Counted from the stretch's first letter, positions 14,414 to 28,460 are shown. The stretch is DNA of 64,000 bases from Mobula hypostoma (GCF_963921235.1 NC_086097.1:45510001-45574000), one strand, 5' to 3'. Numbers and translations: made by a program. Notes: generated by a model not told the origin, from the sequence alone.

Positions 14414-15592
14414 TAATAATGGTAGAGCAGTAGATGCAGTGTATATGGATTTCAGCAAGGCGTTTGACAAGGTACCCCATGCAAGGCTCCAAGGATCCAA
14501 GGGGAAATTGCTTTGTGGATCCAGAACAGGCTTGCCCACAGAAGGCAAAGAGTAGTTGTAGAAGGGTCATATTCTTCATAGAAGTCGGTCACCAGTGGTG
14601 TGCCTCGGGGATCTGTACTGGGACCTCGTCTCTTCGTGATTGTTATTAATGACCTGGATAAGTGGAGGGATGGGTTAGTAAATTTGCTGATAACACAAAG
14701 GTTAGAGGTGTTGTGGATAGTGTGGAGGGTTGTCAGAGGTTATAGCGGGACATTGATAGGATGCAAAACTGGGCTGAGAAGAGGCAGATGGAGTTCAACC
14801 CATATAAATGTGAGGTGGTTCATTTTGGTAGGTCAAATATGATGGCAGAATATAGTATTAACGGTTAGACTCTTGGCAGTGTGGCCAATCAGAGGGATCT
14901 TGGGGTCCAAGTCCATAGGACACTCAAGGCTGCTCCGCAGGTTGACTCTGTGGTCAAGAACGCATACGGTGCATTGGCCTTCATCAATTGTGGGACTGAG
15001 TTTAGGAGCCGAAAGGTAATGTTGCAGCTATATAGGACCCTGGTCAGACCCCACTTGGAGTACTGTGCTGAGTTCTGGTTGCCTCACTATAGAAAGGATG
15101 TGGAAACCATCGAAAGGGTGCAGAGGAGATTTACAAGGATGTTGCCTGGATTGGGGAGCATGCTTTATGAGAATTGATTGAGTGAACTTGGCCTTTTTTC
15201 CTTGGAGTGATGGAGGATGAGAGGTGACCTGATAGAGGTATATAAGATGATGAGAGGCATTGATTGTGTGGCTAGCCAGAGGCTTTTTCCCAGGGTTGAA
15301 ATGGCTAGCACGAGAGGGCACAGTTTTAAGATGCTTAGAAGTAGGTACAGAGGAGATAACGGGGTAGGTTTTTTATGCAGAGAGTGGTGAGTGCATAGAA
15401 TGGGCTGCCGGCAACGGTGGTGGAGGCGGATAAGATAGGGTCTTTTAAGAGACTCCTGGACAGGTATATAGAGCTCAGAAAAATGGAGGGCTGTGGGTAA
15501 CCCTAAGTTATTTCTCAGGTAAGGACATGTTTGGCACAGCTTTGTGGGCCGAAGGGCCTGTATTGTGCTGTAGGTTTTCTATGTTTCTATGT
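14414..15592 (+). mobile_element. CR1-clade LINE, 3' portion
   Basis: VYMDFSKAFDKVPH, GSVLGP, LYRTLVRPHLEYC and ERVQRRFTRMLPG motifs; (TTTCTATG)n-type tail. Confidence 0.9.
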
Positions 15593-15681
15593 TAAATTCT
15601 TTTTATGACAATCCTTGAGAAATGTGCTTAGAAACTTCTGATTATTTAGAGATTTTTAAAATAATCTGTTTGCTTTTTTAG

Positions 15682-15820
15682 CAAGACTTTGGAGCATTAT
15701 CCCCTTTAACAAAACGAATGAAAATTGATGATTCGATAGCAGGAACTGAAAGTAACTTGAACCAAAATGGAATAGAAATAACTGGTGAAGGACATTTACA
15801 AAGCTTAACTAATGCAACAG
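15682..15820 (+). CDS. ZNF839: ZNF839 penultimate coding exon (QDFGALSPLTKRMKIDD...LTNAT)
   Basis: ttttag acceptor, CAG|gtatat donor, 139 nt, phase 0/1. The phase joins correctly to the terminal exon (G+AC = Asp). Confidence 0.75.
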
Positions 15821-15964
15821 GTATATTAATTTAATTTTGCATTCTCTGTAATATGTTAAGATTTCAGTTTTATTTAGAAGGCTAGGATATGAATCTGCTG
15901 TTACTGAAACCATGTGCGACAGGGATCTTTTGCATAAATTTGGGTTTTAAGCACTTGGGCTCAG

Positions 15965-16225
15965 AGGGGCGCCATGTTAGCGTGATGTTATTACGGCTTG
16001 GGGTGTTGGAGTTCAATCCCGGGGTCATCTAACGAATCTCTACACCCGTGGAATGCTCGAGTTTTCTCCAGGTCCTCTGGCTAAGACATGCCAGGTAGGT
16101 TAATTGGTCATTGTAAATTGTCTGATGATTAGGTCAGGGTTGAATAGGGATTGTTGCATGCAGCTCAAAGGACTGGTAGGGCCTTTTCAGTGCTGTATGT
16201 CTAACTAAAATTAAATAAAAAGCCT
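15965..16225 (+). mobile_element. tRNA-derived SINE-like relic (similar relics near 55205-55490 and 61870-62150)
   Basis: B-box-like GGAGTTCAATCCC, shared core GGTTAATTGGTCATTGTAAATTG and A-rich tail. Confidence 0.5.
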
Positions 16226-16947
16226 GAATAAAGCATTACAGCTTTTTACATTTCCAAATTATGAACACAGCAAGAAGAATTTTAGTTCTGTATCATGAAC
16301 ATCTTCACATTTTGCATCATCATCACTATTGACTGCTTCCAGGTCAGATTAGATGCAGGTCAAAATTCCAACACTTTACAATTTCAGTCCTTCTTCAGAA
16401 ACAAACACTAATGCATTCTGACATCTTTTTGACAGCTCTGATAAGAATACAATTTGATGCAAAAAAAAACAGCTGGGGACTTATGATACACTAGGAACTG
16501 ATTGAGATAACATATTGCTTGCACTTGGGGCCCAAACATGTTTACTTGTGGTGCATTTTCCAAAAAGATGATTTTAACAATCTATCCTGTCTTAAGTTGC
16601 TTTTTAGAAATAATCCGTTTATGAAAAAAGTTCCCAAACTAAAAGAGGAAAATATGCTTGTTCTTTCAGAACATAGTTTTATGTGAAATTCTATAACCAT
16701 TGTTAAATAAGGGAAAATTAGTTTTGTGCAATTTCTGATGCCTGCATTTTACAGCCCAACTAAAAATGCTTTTGCAGATGTAGGTGAGCAGGATTATTTA
16801 TGGGTATGTGTAGTGAACAAGGCAATTGAAGTTATAATTTGCTACTTATATGATTTGTACAAATTTCTTGGGAGTAGTGTATGCATGCTACATTATTGGA
16901 TTGTTTTATTTAGCTGTTTTATTTAAAACTAGTGTTTTCTTCTTTAG

Positions 16948-18041
16948 ACAAGAAAGAAATTGAAAGCCCCGCCTTGAATGCTTGTGATCCACATACAGAG
17001 TATGGACCAACGGCAGATCAGGAGGTGGATAACCATTCTGATGGAGTGTTGCTTTCCGCGGATGTTAAGAGTTCCAGTTCCATGGAACAGTCTACTTCTG
17101 AGGAATTGTGTTATCAGGTGACTCAAGTAAACCTGTCGAATTCTCAACTTCCCCTGTTGGAAACCCACAATGAAGTCCTTAATAATACTATTCAGGGAGG
17201 AGATTTTTTAAGTATGGACACAGATCTTACAGCAGAGGAATTGGTTCAAGAACAATTGTCCAGTCAAAATATTTCCGAGCAGTTGAACAATGCTGAATTA
17301 ACTCCCACTGTGGATGAAATGACCAATCAGAATTCACTACTTTCAGACATGGTTAAGGTCAGCCAAAAAGATTGCGAAGCAAGCAACTCTGTTCAGGATT
17401 TGCAGCATACTATCAACAGCCAGGATCCACTTGGCAATCAGGAACAAAGTGAGCAACTCAATGATTCTGACATAGCAGATCAAATGCAGCAGCTTGAGAA
17501 GGCTCTCTCTCAAGATGTGGAGCCCATAGGTCAGGATTGTCACAGGCAACATCATCAGACTGAACAGACTTTTGAAGCTGAAATTTCCCCCCAAGTAGTT
17601 CTCAATAGTCAGGTATCCTCTGAAGAAGTGAATGGGTTGCAAGTAGCAAATCAAAGTAAAATAATAGGTCACTTTGAAGAACCGAATGTGGATGAAAGAA
17701 ATCATGAAAGTTCAGAAGATATTATAGAAAGTACAGTGACAGAAGATGGAGCATTAGAATTCCAACTGCCTGTTGGGGGTCAAGAGCTATTGTCCCAGGG
17801 ACACGAGCAGATCTTCATTCAAACTTCTGAGGGTCTCATTGTGTCACATGAAGGAACAGCTGTTGTGTCACAGACATCTGAAGGCATTGTTATCGTAACT
17901 AATGCTGATGGTACTACAATGCACATACGAACACCTGATGGTGTTCCCTTTGAAACTGTTGAAGCACTTTTGGCAATGGATTCTGAAGGGCAAAGTGAAG
18001 GCTTGTTAGTCTCACAGACACAAACTGAAGTGGAACAATAA
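16948..18041 (+). CDS. ZNF839: ZNF839 terminal coding exon, acidic Q/E/S-rich C-terminus ending ...ETVEALLAMDSEGQSEGLLVSQTQTEVEQ*
   Basis: tctttag acceptor at 16941-16947; long open frame (ORF 16932-18041). The EQIFIQTSEGLIVS motif resembles the ZNF839 C-terminus. TAA stop, followed by an AT-rich UTR-like region. Confidence 0.85.
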
Positions 18042-20625
18042 CTTGAATGCCCTGACCTTCTGATTAGAAAAGCAAAAATAACTAAAAGGAGGTTTTTACG
18101 TGTTCTGTGAACTGATATAGTACAAAAATAAGGCTGTTCATTTTTGTAAAAGAAACTAGAGACCTTTTCCTGTTATGTTCTGGTGAACATTTATTAATTA
18201 CTTAATGTATTTTTGTGTTAAACTTTATCATCCCCTGAGTTAACAAGTCTTGTACAAAACTGAGTAGAAGGTTTTGAGAGTGGTTACCCTCCATGTTGCA
18301 ATGTGCATGGCAAGGTACGCAAGTTAATTTTATAAAATAAATCCAATTTTATTTATTGTTTTCTGGAACATACCCTTGACTGCAGTTGTCCAGAAAATGT
18401 GATGTTGCTGCACTGAAATTGAAAGCTTTCTTTGTATCTTTAACTCCTTATTGCTTATTCAATATACTTATTTTGCCAAAATAGCATTTGTATATGTTCT
18501 ACTGCCTTTTTTTGAAACTGCCTTTAAAGGATTAATTGTACTCCCATGAAAAGGTTATAATAAATATAAATCTGTTACATTGGAAAAGTGAAATTTTTGT
18601 TAAAATTTTAATAGTTTAATCTTCGTCGTTCATCTCAAATGACAGGGAACATGCATATTATGTAGTAAACAAAATTTGTTTAGATCACTTGTAAATGATT
18701 GAAATCTTTAAATTTGCAAAAAGTCTACAAGTTTTTTGGTACTTCCTGATTTAAAACACTGAATTTATTTAAATTAGTCTTCATGACTGTTCTAAGTACA
18801 AGGAGGATAAAGTTTTTTCTCCACTAAACGTTTTACTGGGGTAGAGTTTTAACCACCAAATTTGATCACTTAGGAAATTAGACTTCAAGCAGTTGAGAAC
18901 ACAGTGCTTTTATTATGAACATTTACTGATTGGATAACCTGCTAAACAAAATAAATTGCTGAATATTAATACTGAACCACATCGGTTATGAAAACTGTGT
19001 GGCATCAACACATTTTTTGGGCTATGTATTTGTATATATTGAGTGCTTCTGTTTCAGTTCCAAAAACATTGCAAATATATGGACCTTGCTGCTTTAAGCT
19101 AAACTCTTTTTGGGACAATTGTTTTGTATTTCAGTCATTTACGTTTCTCCTCTGCTCCTGACATTGTTGCCATCTATTTGTAGTTGCCAACAAGGGCGTC
19201 TTCAGTCATTGTGTTTACAGTATTATATCCAAAAGCTTCAATTGAGGATCAAAATTTATGAGATGGCTAAGTTGCAAGCAGGAGTACTGGAGTAACATTA
19301 GTTATCACCTAAATTTAAATTTTGAGAACTGTAATTAAAATTAACCCTTCATTTAGCCTTAGTTATGAAGTTTTAAATGAGTCACTTCCCTTGTGCAGCA
19401 TGTTTTCAATTATGCCTAGTAGACATTTCCTTCCCCCCCCCCCCCCCAAAATCTGGTTTGAATCTTGCATCTAATGTGAAACATGCTGTTTTTTTGTGTA
19501 AGTTTGCAAGAATGTGAAAATGGGAAAGTTACATCGCTACACTGTGTATATAGTGCTTACTACCCATGGTAGGCTGTTCATTAAAGATGTATTAAAGCCG
19601 TTGTGCATGTTCGTAGTTTCTAGTTTTGTTAGTGTATAACAAATCTTTATCAAAGGCTTGTAATTTGACTATTGTAAATAATGAAACTATTTAAAGATTG
19701 AAAATAGCAGAAAATGGAATTTATTTTCTATTTTTAATTATAATATACAAAGTATTTTGTAATGTCTTTGACTTATCAGTACATTGTAATCTTGACAGAC
19801 AGTTTTGTTGCCTTAATTTGGGATGATTAAATGTCAAGTAACTGGATGATGGTTACAGTCACCTGATAATTTCATAAAAGGATGGAGTTAAATCATCTTT
19901 CACTTAAAATATTTGATATTTTTAAGGTTATTACAAAATGGAACTGCTCTTTGTCAAGGATCAGCTTTGTAACAGGCCAAAGTTTGGTTTGTACACTGTA
20001 TTATGCACCATTGTTAAACTGTTATAAATATTTGCTGTAGAATTTTATGTAGACCATGTGGTTTTTTTTGGTAACATGGGTCTATATTTTTGAAAAGCTG
20101 CCTTTAATAGGATGATAAACCTATAAAGCCACCATCAAGCTCCGTTAAATATTAGCAATATATGGAACAGATTTTTTTTAAAAGCCACTTTTATTTTGCA
20201 GTTTTGCTCTTTGTTTTTCCATCGCTTGAGTGCAAGACAAATCATTAACAACCTTTCAGGACCATTGTTTAATAATTTGAACAAAATTATTTTTCAGCAC
20301 AAGTATTTCAAGAGTTTCTTAAAAAAGGAAATAAATAAATATATTTTCTTTGTCGTTTGTCATACTCATTGTCTACTGAATTCTACCTTTTACAGTATAC
20401 AAAATTTCATCGAAGAGTAAAACCTAGTAATTCTTGCCACATGGAGTTCATATTTACTCATGCACAAACCAATTTTCAAAAGTTTAGCTAAACAATCTTG
20501 GGTAAGCCTTAGTAGGTGTTTAGTTATGCCGAGCTAACTTTAATAAACATATGGTTTCAAAGTAAAAAATTCTATAAATAGGTGGTTTGTCTCCAACAAT
20601 TATTTTGTAATAATTTTCAATTACG

Positions 20626-20828
20626 TTATAGAGCTCTGTGTCCTGTTTCCAGCAGCATACTTTCAACAAGGAATCTGGCCTTTTCTTCTATGTAAGGCTG
20701 GTACAGCCAGGAAGATAACTGTACCATCATAAGATCACAGCTATTAGTGTGGGCGATCTCTTGAACAATTAAACTCTTTAGCTGCAGTTCTTTTTGGTAC
20801 ATCTCCAGTAACTCAGCAGAGATTATAT
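20626..20828 (-). CDS. CINP: CINP last coding exon (IISAELLEMYQKELQLK...SSWLYQPYIEEKARFLVESMLLETGHRAL*)
   Basis: Minus-strand tttcag acceptor. The C-terminus ESMLLETGHRAL* matches recalled human CINP. 203 nt, phase consistent with the previous exon. Confidence 0.93.
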
Positions 20829-21593
20829 CTGAAACAGAAAGTGGTTAAATATCAAAAAAAGGTCATTTAACTTACAGCAGCAAGACTTCATACTTGTAAT
20901 TTAAATGTAAAAGATTAAATTGATGATTTTATCATTTGTCAAAAGTTGTTCAGCCATGAAGTATTTTTTCTAGTCAACTAAAGTCGTTAGTAACTGGACA
21001 TAAGACTCTGCTATTTGCTGTACTATACCTGGGCTCTGGACAGGTGGATTGATAACTTTAGTAGCAGGTGTAATTAATGGAAAACTGTAGGCATGGTCAT
21101 TACGAGAGAAGGTGAAATTTAGGTTAAATTATGACTTGTAGGCCACCTTCCCTGTCATCTGGTATGCAAGTTATCATGGGCTGGGTATTGTAGAAAATAA
21201 ATGTGTCAAGTTATTTGAAGGCATCAGATCCTAAGGAGCCACTCTACAAAACTGCAGGGGACAAGAAAGAATCAAGTGAATAATTTTAAAGCACTTTAGT
21301 ATTTATGCAAAGCAAAAATGGGTGTTCACCAACAGGTGTATATTACTCTGTTTTCAAGTAAGCTTCATTTGCCTCATTTGAAAGTATATTTTTTAACTAA
21401 CATAACCACAAAAAAAAAAATGGTATGGATTCCTGTAATTAGTTTTAGAATTGCAAAATACCCATCCATCAGTAGCTTGCAATTTAGTTACAATTCTACT
21501 TTTCCAAAGTACTAATGAAACCCTAGATTTTATTAATATTGAGAATGCTAATTATAGAAAATAATATTACATTTTGTGATAAGTTACCCTTAC

Positions 21594-21723
21594 AGAAATA
21601 TTTTGTGGGCCATGTGTGAAATAGAGGTATTGATCTTCCTGTTTCACCATAGTGGTAAGTGTCAAGATCATTTATTCCTTTCATAGTAGCACAAAGCTTT
21701 TCCATCTTCAATACCAATTTGTT
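21594..21723 (-). CDS. CINP: CINP coding exon 4 (NKLVLKMEKLCATMKGINDLDTYHYGETGRSIPLFHTWPTKYF)
   Basis: Lies within ORF 21523-21765(-). PLFHTWPT motif of CINP. ttttcag acceptor, gtaagg donor, 130 nt. Confidence 0.93.
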
Positions 21724-22708
21724 CTGAAAAAGATTAAGTAAAGATTGTATTATGTGAACATGCATTTTACTCCAATTCTGTTAAGGCAACACTACCCTAG
21801 CTGTAAGAATACTCATCAGCTAGATAGCTAAGCAAATATAGTAGCTGAAACAAATTCAACACTTTTATTGATGACATTTGTGACTAGCAAAAAAGCTTTT
21901 AATTGCTTTAATTAATCAAATTCTATGGTAAATTTATTTTTCAAATAGTTCTAAATTTAAGAGGTTTGTTTTGGAAAATCAGATTAATAGGTATATTACT
22001 CATAGGCAAGAAGCAAGAGAATACTGCATTGGCTTTCATAAGTATATTTGTTCCTCAAGTATACATGAGTTTAACTTTGCCATGTACCAAACAAGTCCAT
22101 GGCCCTTTAAAGAAAGTTTCAACAGAGCTAAACCATATTCAGAAATCACTGAAAATCCTCCTAACTTGATCTCCACTTTGTGCCTGGGATTAAGAGTCAC
22201 CATAGTCCTTAACTGCAGTGGGTCACCCTTGAGCCAGTTTGTCACTTTACAATGCAATGCAAATCCATCATTAAAAATAGAAAATGCTTGAAATAGTAGG
22301 GTACAGCTGTAGGGAAGGAACCAGATAACATTTCAAATCAAAGATCTTCCATTAGAGTAATACTGATTTCTTTGTAGCTGTCACAATTCATTAGTCCTGC
22401 ATTAGGCTTTGGTGTTAAAACTTATTTCATGCAATAAGTGCAGACTCGCTATACCTCAATGAAGCTGCTGCTCTTATTAGTTATACAGAAAGGTATTATA
22501 AATTTCCTCCCTCAAGCTGAAGGTAAAACTACATGCACTTTCTGAACATCATGGAAAACTGGATGAGGGAAAATAAAATATGAAAATGCAATACTGTAAT
22601 CTAATTTTCAGCTACAAGGTTCCACTAATACAGGAAACATCAATTTGCAACTGTACTTCACTTTTTATTAATATGGAATTTGTTTTCATAGTGTATTTAA
22701 ATTCATAC

Positions 22709-22835
22709 CATTTTGTCAAGGAAATAAAGTAATTCAGTGCAATGTTCCTCAAGTTCTTTGTTGTATTCCAAAGTAGCCTTTTCATGATGAACAGTGAAAT
22801 CATCATCAGATAGTTCCTGTCTGGTTTCACCACTC
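22709..22835 (-). CDS. CINP: CINP coding exon 3 (SGETRQELSDDD...LEYNKELEEHCTELLYFLDKM)
   Basis: tttag acceptor, ATG|gtatga donor, 127 nt. Resembles CINP LEYNEELEKLCEEL; phases match neighbouring exons. Confidence 0.9.
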
Positions 22836-23502
22836 CTAAAGAAGTTAACAATGTAGAATGTCAATATCACTGGCTAAAGACAACACTAGAATGTGTAATG
22901 TTCTAATTGATACAAGTGAATAGTAAAGGGGAATAGTAAAATTTAGACTAGGCGTTCCCAAACTGGGGTCCACAGACCCCTTGGTTAATGGTAAGCCTCA
23001 CTGGCAAAAAAAGTTTGGGATTTAATCTAAATTTTAATTAAGTCTGTCCAAATTTACTAAAGATGTTTCAGATTCAATCATTAATATTAGCTCAAAGGTG
23101 TTACTGATTCACATTTATCAAATCATAAATTAAGTACTGAGTTATTTCAGTTTATTATTAATAATGTATTACAGGTATCTCTATTCTGAACAGAATGATG
23201 AAATTTGTAAATGTTCATATTTCTTTGTTTGCAAATTGCAAATCAGATTTGCTCCAGGACAAAATGTCTTAAGTTTAGAAACATTCAAAACATAACAATA
23301 TTCAGACTCTTTGTAAACTTATTTTCTAAAGAATATTACAAAGCAATATTAATGATTTTTAAGGTATAATGGCGTAACCTGTATATTGTGGAAATGCAAG
23401 GCAGGAGGTGATGAATTCATTTTCCATATCACCACTGAGTAAAAATGTTTTTATTTAAAATGAAGCAATATTTCAATATGTAAAATGTGCAAAAATACTT
23501 AC

Positions 23503-23659
23503 TTGTGGTTGAGTTTAATGTTAACAATTTTATTTGCGAGTGAGAATCCTTCATTGTTGTAACTTTCCCATTTCAGTATGAGATTATGCCAATCCGCAGC
23601 ATTGTCCTTTATCTTTCTGGAACTGTTACTCAAGTCTGGTTTTCTTGGAGTCATTAAAC
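23503..23659 (-). CDS. CINP: CINP coding exon 2 (LMTPRKPDLSNSSRKIKDNAADWHNLILKWESYNNEGFSLANKIVNIKLNH)
   Basis: RKIKDNAADWHNLILKWE matches recalled CINP. tttag acceptor, gtaagt donor, 157 nt. Confidence 0.93.
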
Positions 23660-24002
23660 CTAAATTAAGACATGTCTCTTTTTAAGAAAAAAAATTCTAC
23701 ACAGTGCCAAATAGAATCGTAACGGAGCTGCCATTAATATACTACATATGTTCATAGGTGTAACAATTTGCACATACTTGGCACCTTTAGTGCATCAAGA
23801 AGTTTACAAGGAGTATTTTCAAGCAAAATTTCACATGGAAATGCCAGGACTAGTCAGATGAGTAAGAGAGGAGAATTTGGGAGAGCCCAATCTTGGAGCT
23901 GAGGTAGCTGAATGATCTGTTATAAATAGTGGTGTGGACAGAACTGGGGATGGTTCAGATTTCAGAACTGAAGCAGTGCATGCTTTGAAAGAGAGAACAC
24001 AA

Positions 24003-25610
24003 CTACAGCTGTGATGATCCCTGATCCCTGATTATCTCCATCTTAGAGGCAAATGTTAGACTGCCTTTAAAGAGAGTGAATCCTTGCAAGGCAGAAGATC
24101 CCGATGGAGTACCTTGTAAGGCTCTGAAAACCTGCGCCAACCAACTAGCGGGAGTATTCAAGGACATTTTCAACCTCTCACTGCTATGGGCAGAAGTTCC
24201 CACTTGCTTCAAAAAGGCAACAGTTATACCAGTGCCTAAGAAGAATAATGTGGGCTGTCTTAATGACTATTGCCCGGTAGCGCTCACATCAACAGTGATG
24301 AAATGCTTTGAGAGGTTGGTTATGACTAGACTGAACTCCTGCCTCAGCAAGGACCTGGACCCATAGCAATTTGCCTATCGCCGCAACAGGAGACGCAATC
24401 TCAATGGTTCCCCACATGGCTTTAGACCACTTAAACACAAACACCTACGTCAGGATGCTGTTCATCGACAATAGCTCAGCATTTAATACCATCATTCCCA
24501 CAATCCTGATTGAGAGGTTGCAGAACCTGGGCCTCTGTACCTCCCGCTGTAATTGGATCCTCAACTTCCTATATGGAACACCACAGTCTGTGCAGATTGG
24601 TGATAAAATATCCTCCTCGCTGACAATCAACACTGGTGCACCTCAGTGTTGTGTGCTTAGCCCACTGCTCTACTCTCTGTATACACATGACTGTGTGGCT
24701 AGGCATAGCTGAAATACCATCTCTAAATTTGCTGACGACACAACCATTGTTGGTAGAATCTCAGGTAGTGACAGGAGGGCGTACAGGAGTGAGATATGCC
24801 AACTAGTGGAATGGTGCCACAGCAACAACCTGGCACTCAATGTCAGTAAGATGAAAGAGCTGATTGTGGACTTCAGTAAGGGTAAGACGAAGGAACACTT
24901 AGAGGGATCAGAAGTGGAGAGAGTGAGCAGCTTCAAGTTCCTGGGTGTCAAGATCTCTGAGGATCTAACCTGTTCCCAACATAATGATGTAGTTATAAAG
25001 AAGACAAGACAGCAGCTATACTTTATTAGGAGTTTGAAGAGATTTGGCATGTCAACAAATACACTCAAAAACTTCCATAATTGTACTGTGGACAGCATTC
25101 TGACAGGCTGCATCACTGTCTGGTATAGAGGGGCTACTGCACAGGACCAAAAGAAGCTGCTGAAGGTTGTAAATCTGGTCAGCTCCATCTTGGGTACTAG
25201 CCTACAAAATATCCAGGACATCTTTAGGGAGCGGTGTCTCAGAAAGGCAGCGTCCATTATTAAGGACCTCCAGCATCCAGGGCATGCCCTTTTCTCACCA
25301 TCAGGTATGAGGTACAGAAGCCTGAAGGCACACACTCAGCGATTTAGGAACAGCTTCTTCCCCTCTGCCATCCAATTCCGAAATGGACATTGAAACTTTG
25401 GACACTACCTCACCTTTTTTAATATACAGTATTTCTGTTTTTGCACTTTTTAAAAAACTATTCAATATATGTAATTGATTTACTTGTTTTATTATTTTTG
25501 TATTATTAATTATTTCCTCTCTGCTAGATTATGTATTGCATTGAACTGCTGCTACTAAGTTAACAAATTTCATGTCACATGCCAGTGATAATAAACCTAA
25601 TCTGATTCCG
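24003..25610 (+). mobile_element. Rex1/Babar-like LINE in CINP intron 1, RT region with stops and frameshifts
   Basis: ORFs 24076-25393: [74 protein letters not shown]. Confidence 0.88.
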
Positions 25611-27299
25611 AAGTTGTAACTAGTCAGAAGGCTGCAAGAGATTCCACACAGAGAGAGTGAGAGAATTTTTGATTTGGATGATTATTTTAACATGTAGCAG
25701 AAAAAGCTGGTTGATTTGACTGGTTTCTGTTACTAAAGCCCTTCATAAAGAGATTAACGTTGTTACACAAATGCTGCCTGCCTAGAGTATTTCCATTATT
25801 TTCTGTTTTACTTCAGACTTCCAATTTTTGTAATATTTTGGTTTATGCTTCAGGATTTTAAAATGAAAGTTTCTGAAGGACCAGAAGCTCATGTAAGTCA
25901 GTAATCACAAGGTTTAAATTTAAATAGCATGACAATGCAACCTTTTAAATTGTATTGTTACCAAGGGAGACTAGACAAAAATGTTACTCATTTAAGAACA
26001 GAATTGTTCAGCAACAGATGACCCAAGGCAGAACTGGGTTTAGAGCTCTAAGGGAGCTATAAGCAGCAGACCAAGCAATACAACCAAAATGCATTTTAAA
26101 CTTCTTGAAGTCAAACAATAAACATGAACCATTTCATTCTTGTTCAATTATTAGAGAGAACAATGGACCTTTTTTTTTAAAACATTAATTCATGATATAT
26201 AGATGTCACCAGGAGAGGCACACACTGCCCTTGGGAATGTTGACCTTTTGGTATCCGATGATAGAGGTACTCCCATAATGCTGTTAAGTCAGCAATTTCA
26301 TTTTTTACATACAGCTATCGTAATGGAATAGCTATCTTTCTAGATCATGATGATCTGTGACATAAAGGGGAATTTGCAGATGGTGGTGTTGCTGCTCCAA
26401 GTTGGACAAGGTAGTCTGGGAAATCCTATCAGAATCACAGTGAATGGTGACTGTGTTGAAAATCAGTATTTCAGATGGGATGTCTATTATGCAGGCAACA
26501 CACACTTGAATTTCCAGCATCTGCAGAATTTCTGTTGTTTGTCTATCATGCAGGCTGCTTTGGTGTCGAGCCTCAAGTTTTTTTCAACTGAAAGTAAAAG
26601 TACTGTATTCCATCATGCTTTTATGTTTCTTAAATGATATAATAGCATTGGGAGTCTAAGGAAAGAATCACATTTTCTTTGTATGCCTCGACTCCAGAAA
26701 AAGAAAGCCCTTATTGCTTGCATTAGCCAGCAAGTATAGTTGAGGCTTGGTAGCTGAGACTGATAAATGAATCAGAGGATATGGTGGTTGGGATGACTGG
26801 AGGAAAGTGTACTTCAATGTTGCAGTCTGGATGCCTGATTCCTATCATGTTAGATTATAAGTTTTACTTTCACTGACTATTTAGCAAACACATTGTATTT
26901 TCTAAACTATATTTGAGACAAATATACTAGATGCAAACAAAACACAGCTAACATTTTATTATTTAAGGTTAAGGTATCACAAATTTTTAAATGCACTCTG
27001 GCCAGTTAAGAGCTCAATAATACCTTGCTATTTCCTTAATTGATTTAGGTGAATTTTAAGCACATCTTGAATTTGCTTTTCTAGAGCTCTCATACATTTA
27101 AGAGTCATTATATGCATAGTACATATGGCAGCTTATCTTGCTGTACTTAATTTAAAATTTACGAGCAAAGACACATTTATCCTGGATGTGATGGTTTAGG
27201 AAAATACCAAAGATAATCAGAATCCTTAAAATATTGTTTCGACAAAATTAAATATGCAACTTATAGAGTGCTACAAAACAGGTCACCTTTTAGACATAA

Positions 27300-28460
27300 T
27301 CAGAGCACTACAACACAAAAACCGATATTTTGGCCCATCTAGTCCATGCTGTGCTGTTATTCTGCTTAGTCCCATCGGCCCAGACCTGCCCTACCCCTCT
27401 AATCCATTATCTTATCCAAACTTCTGTTAAATATTGCAATCAAACCCGTGTCTACCACTAACACTGACAGCTTGTTTCTCCTTTTGAGTGAAGATGTTCC
27501 CTTTAACTATTTCACCTTTCACCCTTAACCTATGACATCTAGTTCTTTCGCCCAACCTCAATGAGAAAAGCCTACTTGCATTTACCTATCTATACCCCTC
27601 ATAATTTTGTATACCTCTATCAAATTGCTCCTCATTCTCCTATGCTGTGGGGAATAGTCCTAACCTATTCAAGCTTTCCCTATAACTTGGGTCCTCAAGT
27701 CCCACCAACATTTTGTAAATTTTCTCTGCGCTCTCTCAATCTTCCTGACATGCTGTAGGTGACCAGAAATGCACACAGTATTTCAAATTAGGCCTCGCCA
27801 ATATCTTGTACAGCTTCAAATAAATATTCCATCTACTGTGATTTATGAAGGCCAATGTGTCAAAAGCTCTCTGCGAATCCTATCTACCCGTAACGTGACT
27901 TCCAAGTAATTATGGATTTTTATTCCCAGATCCCTGTTCTACTGCACTCCTCAGTGCCCTACTGTTCACTGTGTACAACCTACCCTGGTTTGTCCTCCCA
28001 AAGAACAACTCTTAGTTGTCTGCATTAAATTCCATTTTTTCCAACCCATTTTTCCAACTGGTCCAGTATCTCCCACAAGTTTTGTGGCCTTCCCCACTGT
28101 TCACTATCCCCCAAACTTGGTGCTTTCTGCATATTTGCTGATCCAATTTACCACATTATTATCCAAATCATAAATATGGGATGACAAACAACAGACACAG
28201 CACTGATCCCTGCAGCACACATGTCAGGGAGGCAGCCATCTACTACCGTCTCTGGCTTCTGCTAAGCCAATGTTGAATCGACTTTACTACATCCTGAATG
28301 ACAAGTAACTAAACCAGCCTCCCATGTTGGGGCTTTGTCAAAGGTGTTGTCTACATAGAATTTAGCAATGTACAGCACCTTTCCTTCAACTTTCCTGGTA
28401 ACTTCCTTGAAAAACTATAACATAGGTTAGACATGACCTATTATGCAAAAAAGCCATGTT
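27300..28460 (-). mobile_element. Decayed CR1 LINE fragment
   Basis: Reverse-complement similarity to the CR1 copies at 14.4 and 62.6 kb. Confidence 0.7.

Noticed and set aside
16932..18041. Stand-alone intronless 369-aa gene
   Set aside because: The ORF start is a GTG within the polypyrimidine tract. A phase-compatible acceptor at 16947 makes it the ZNF839 terminal exon.
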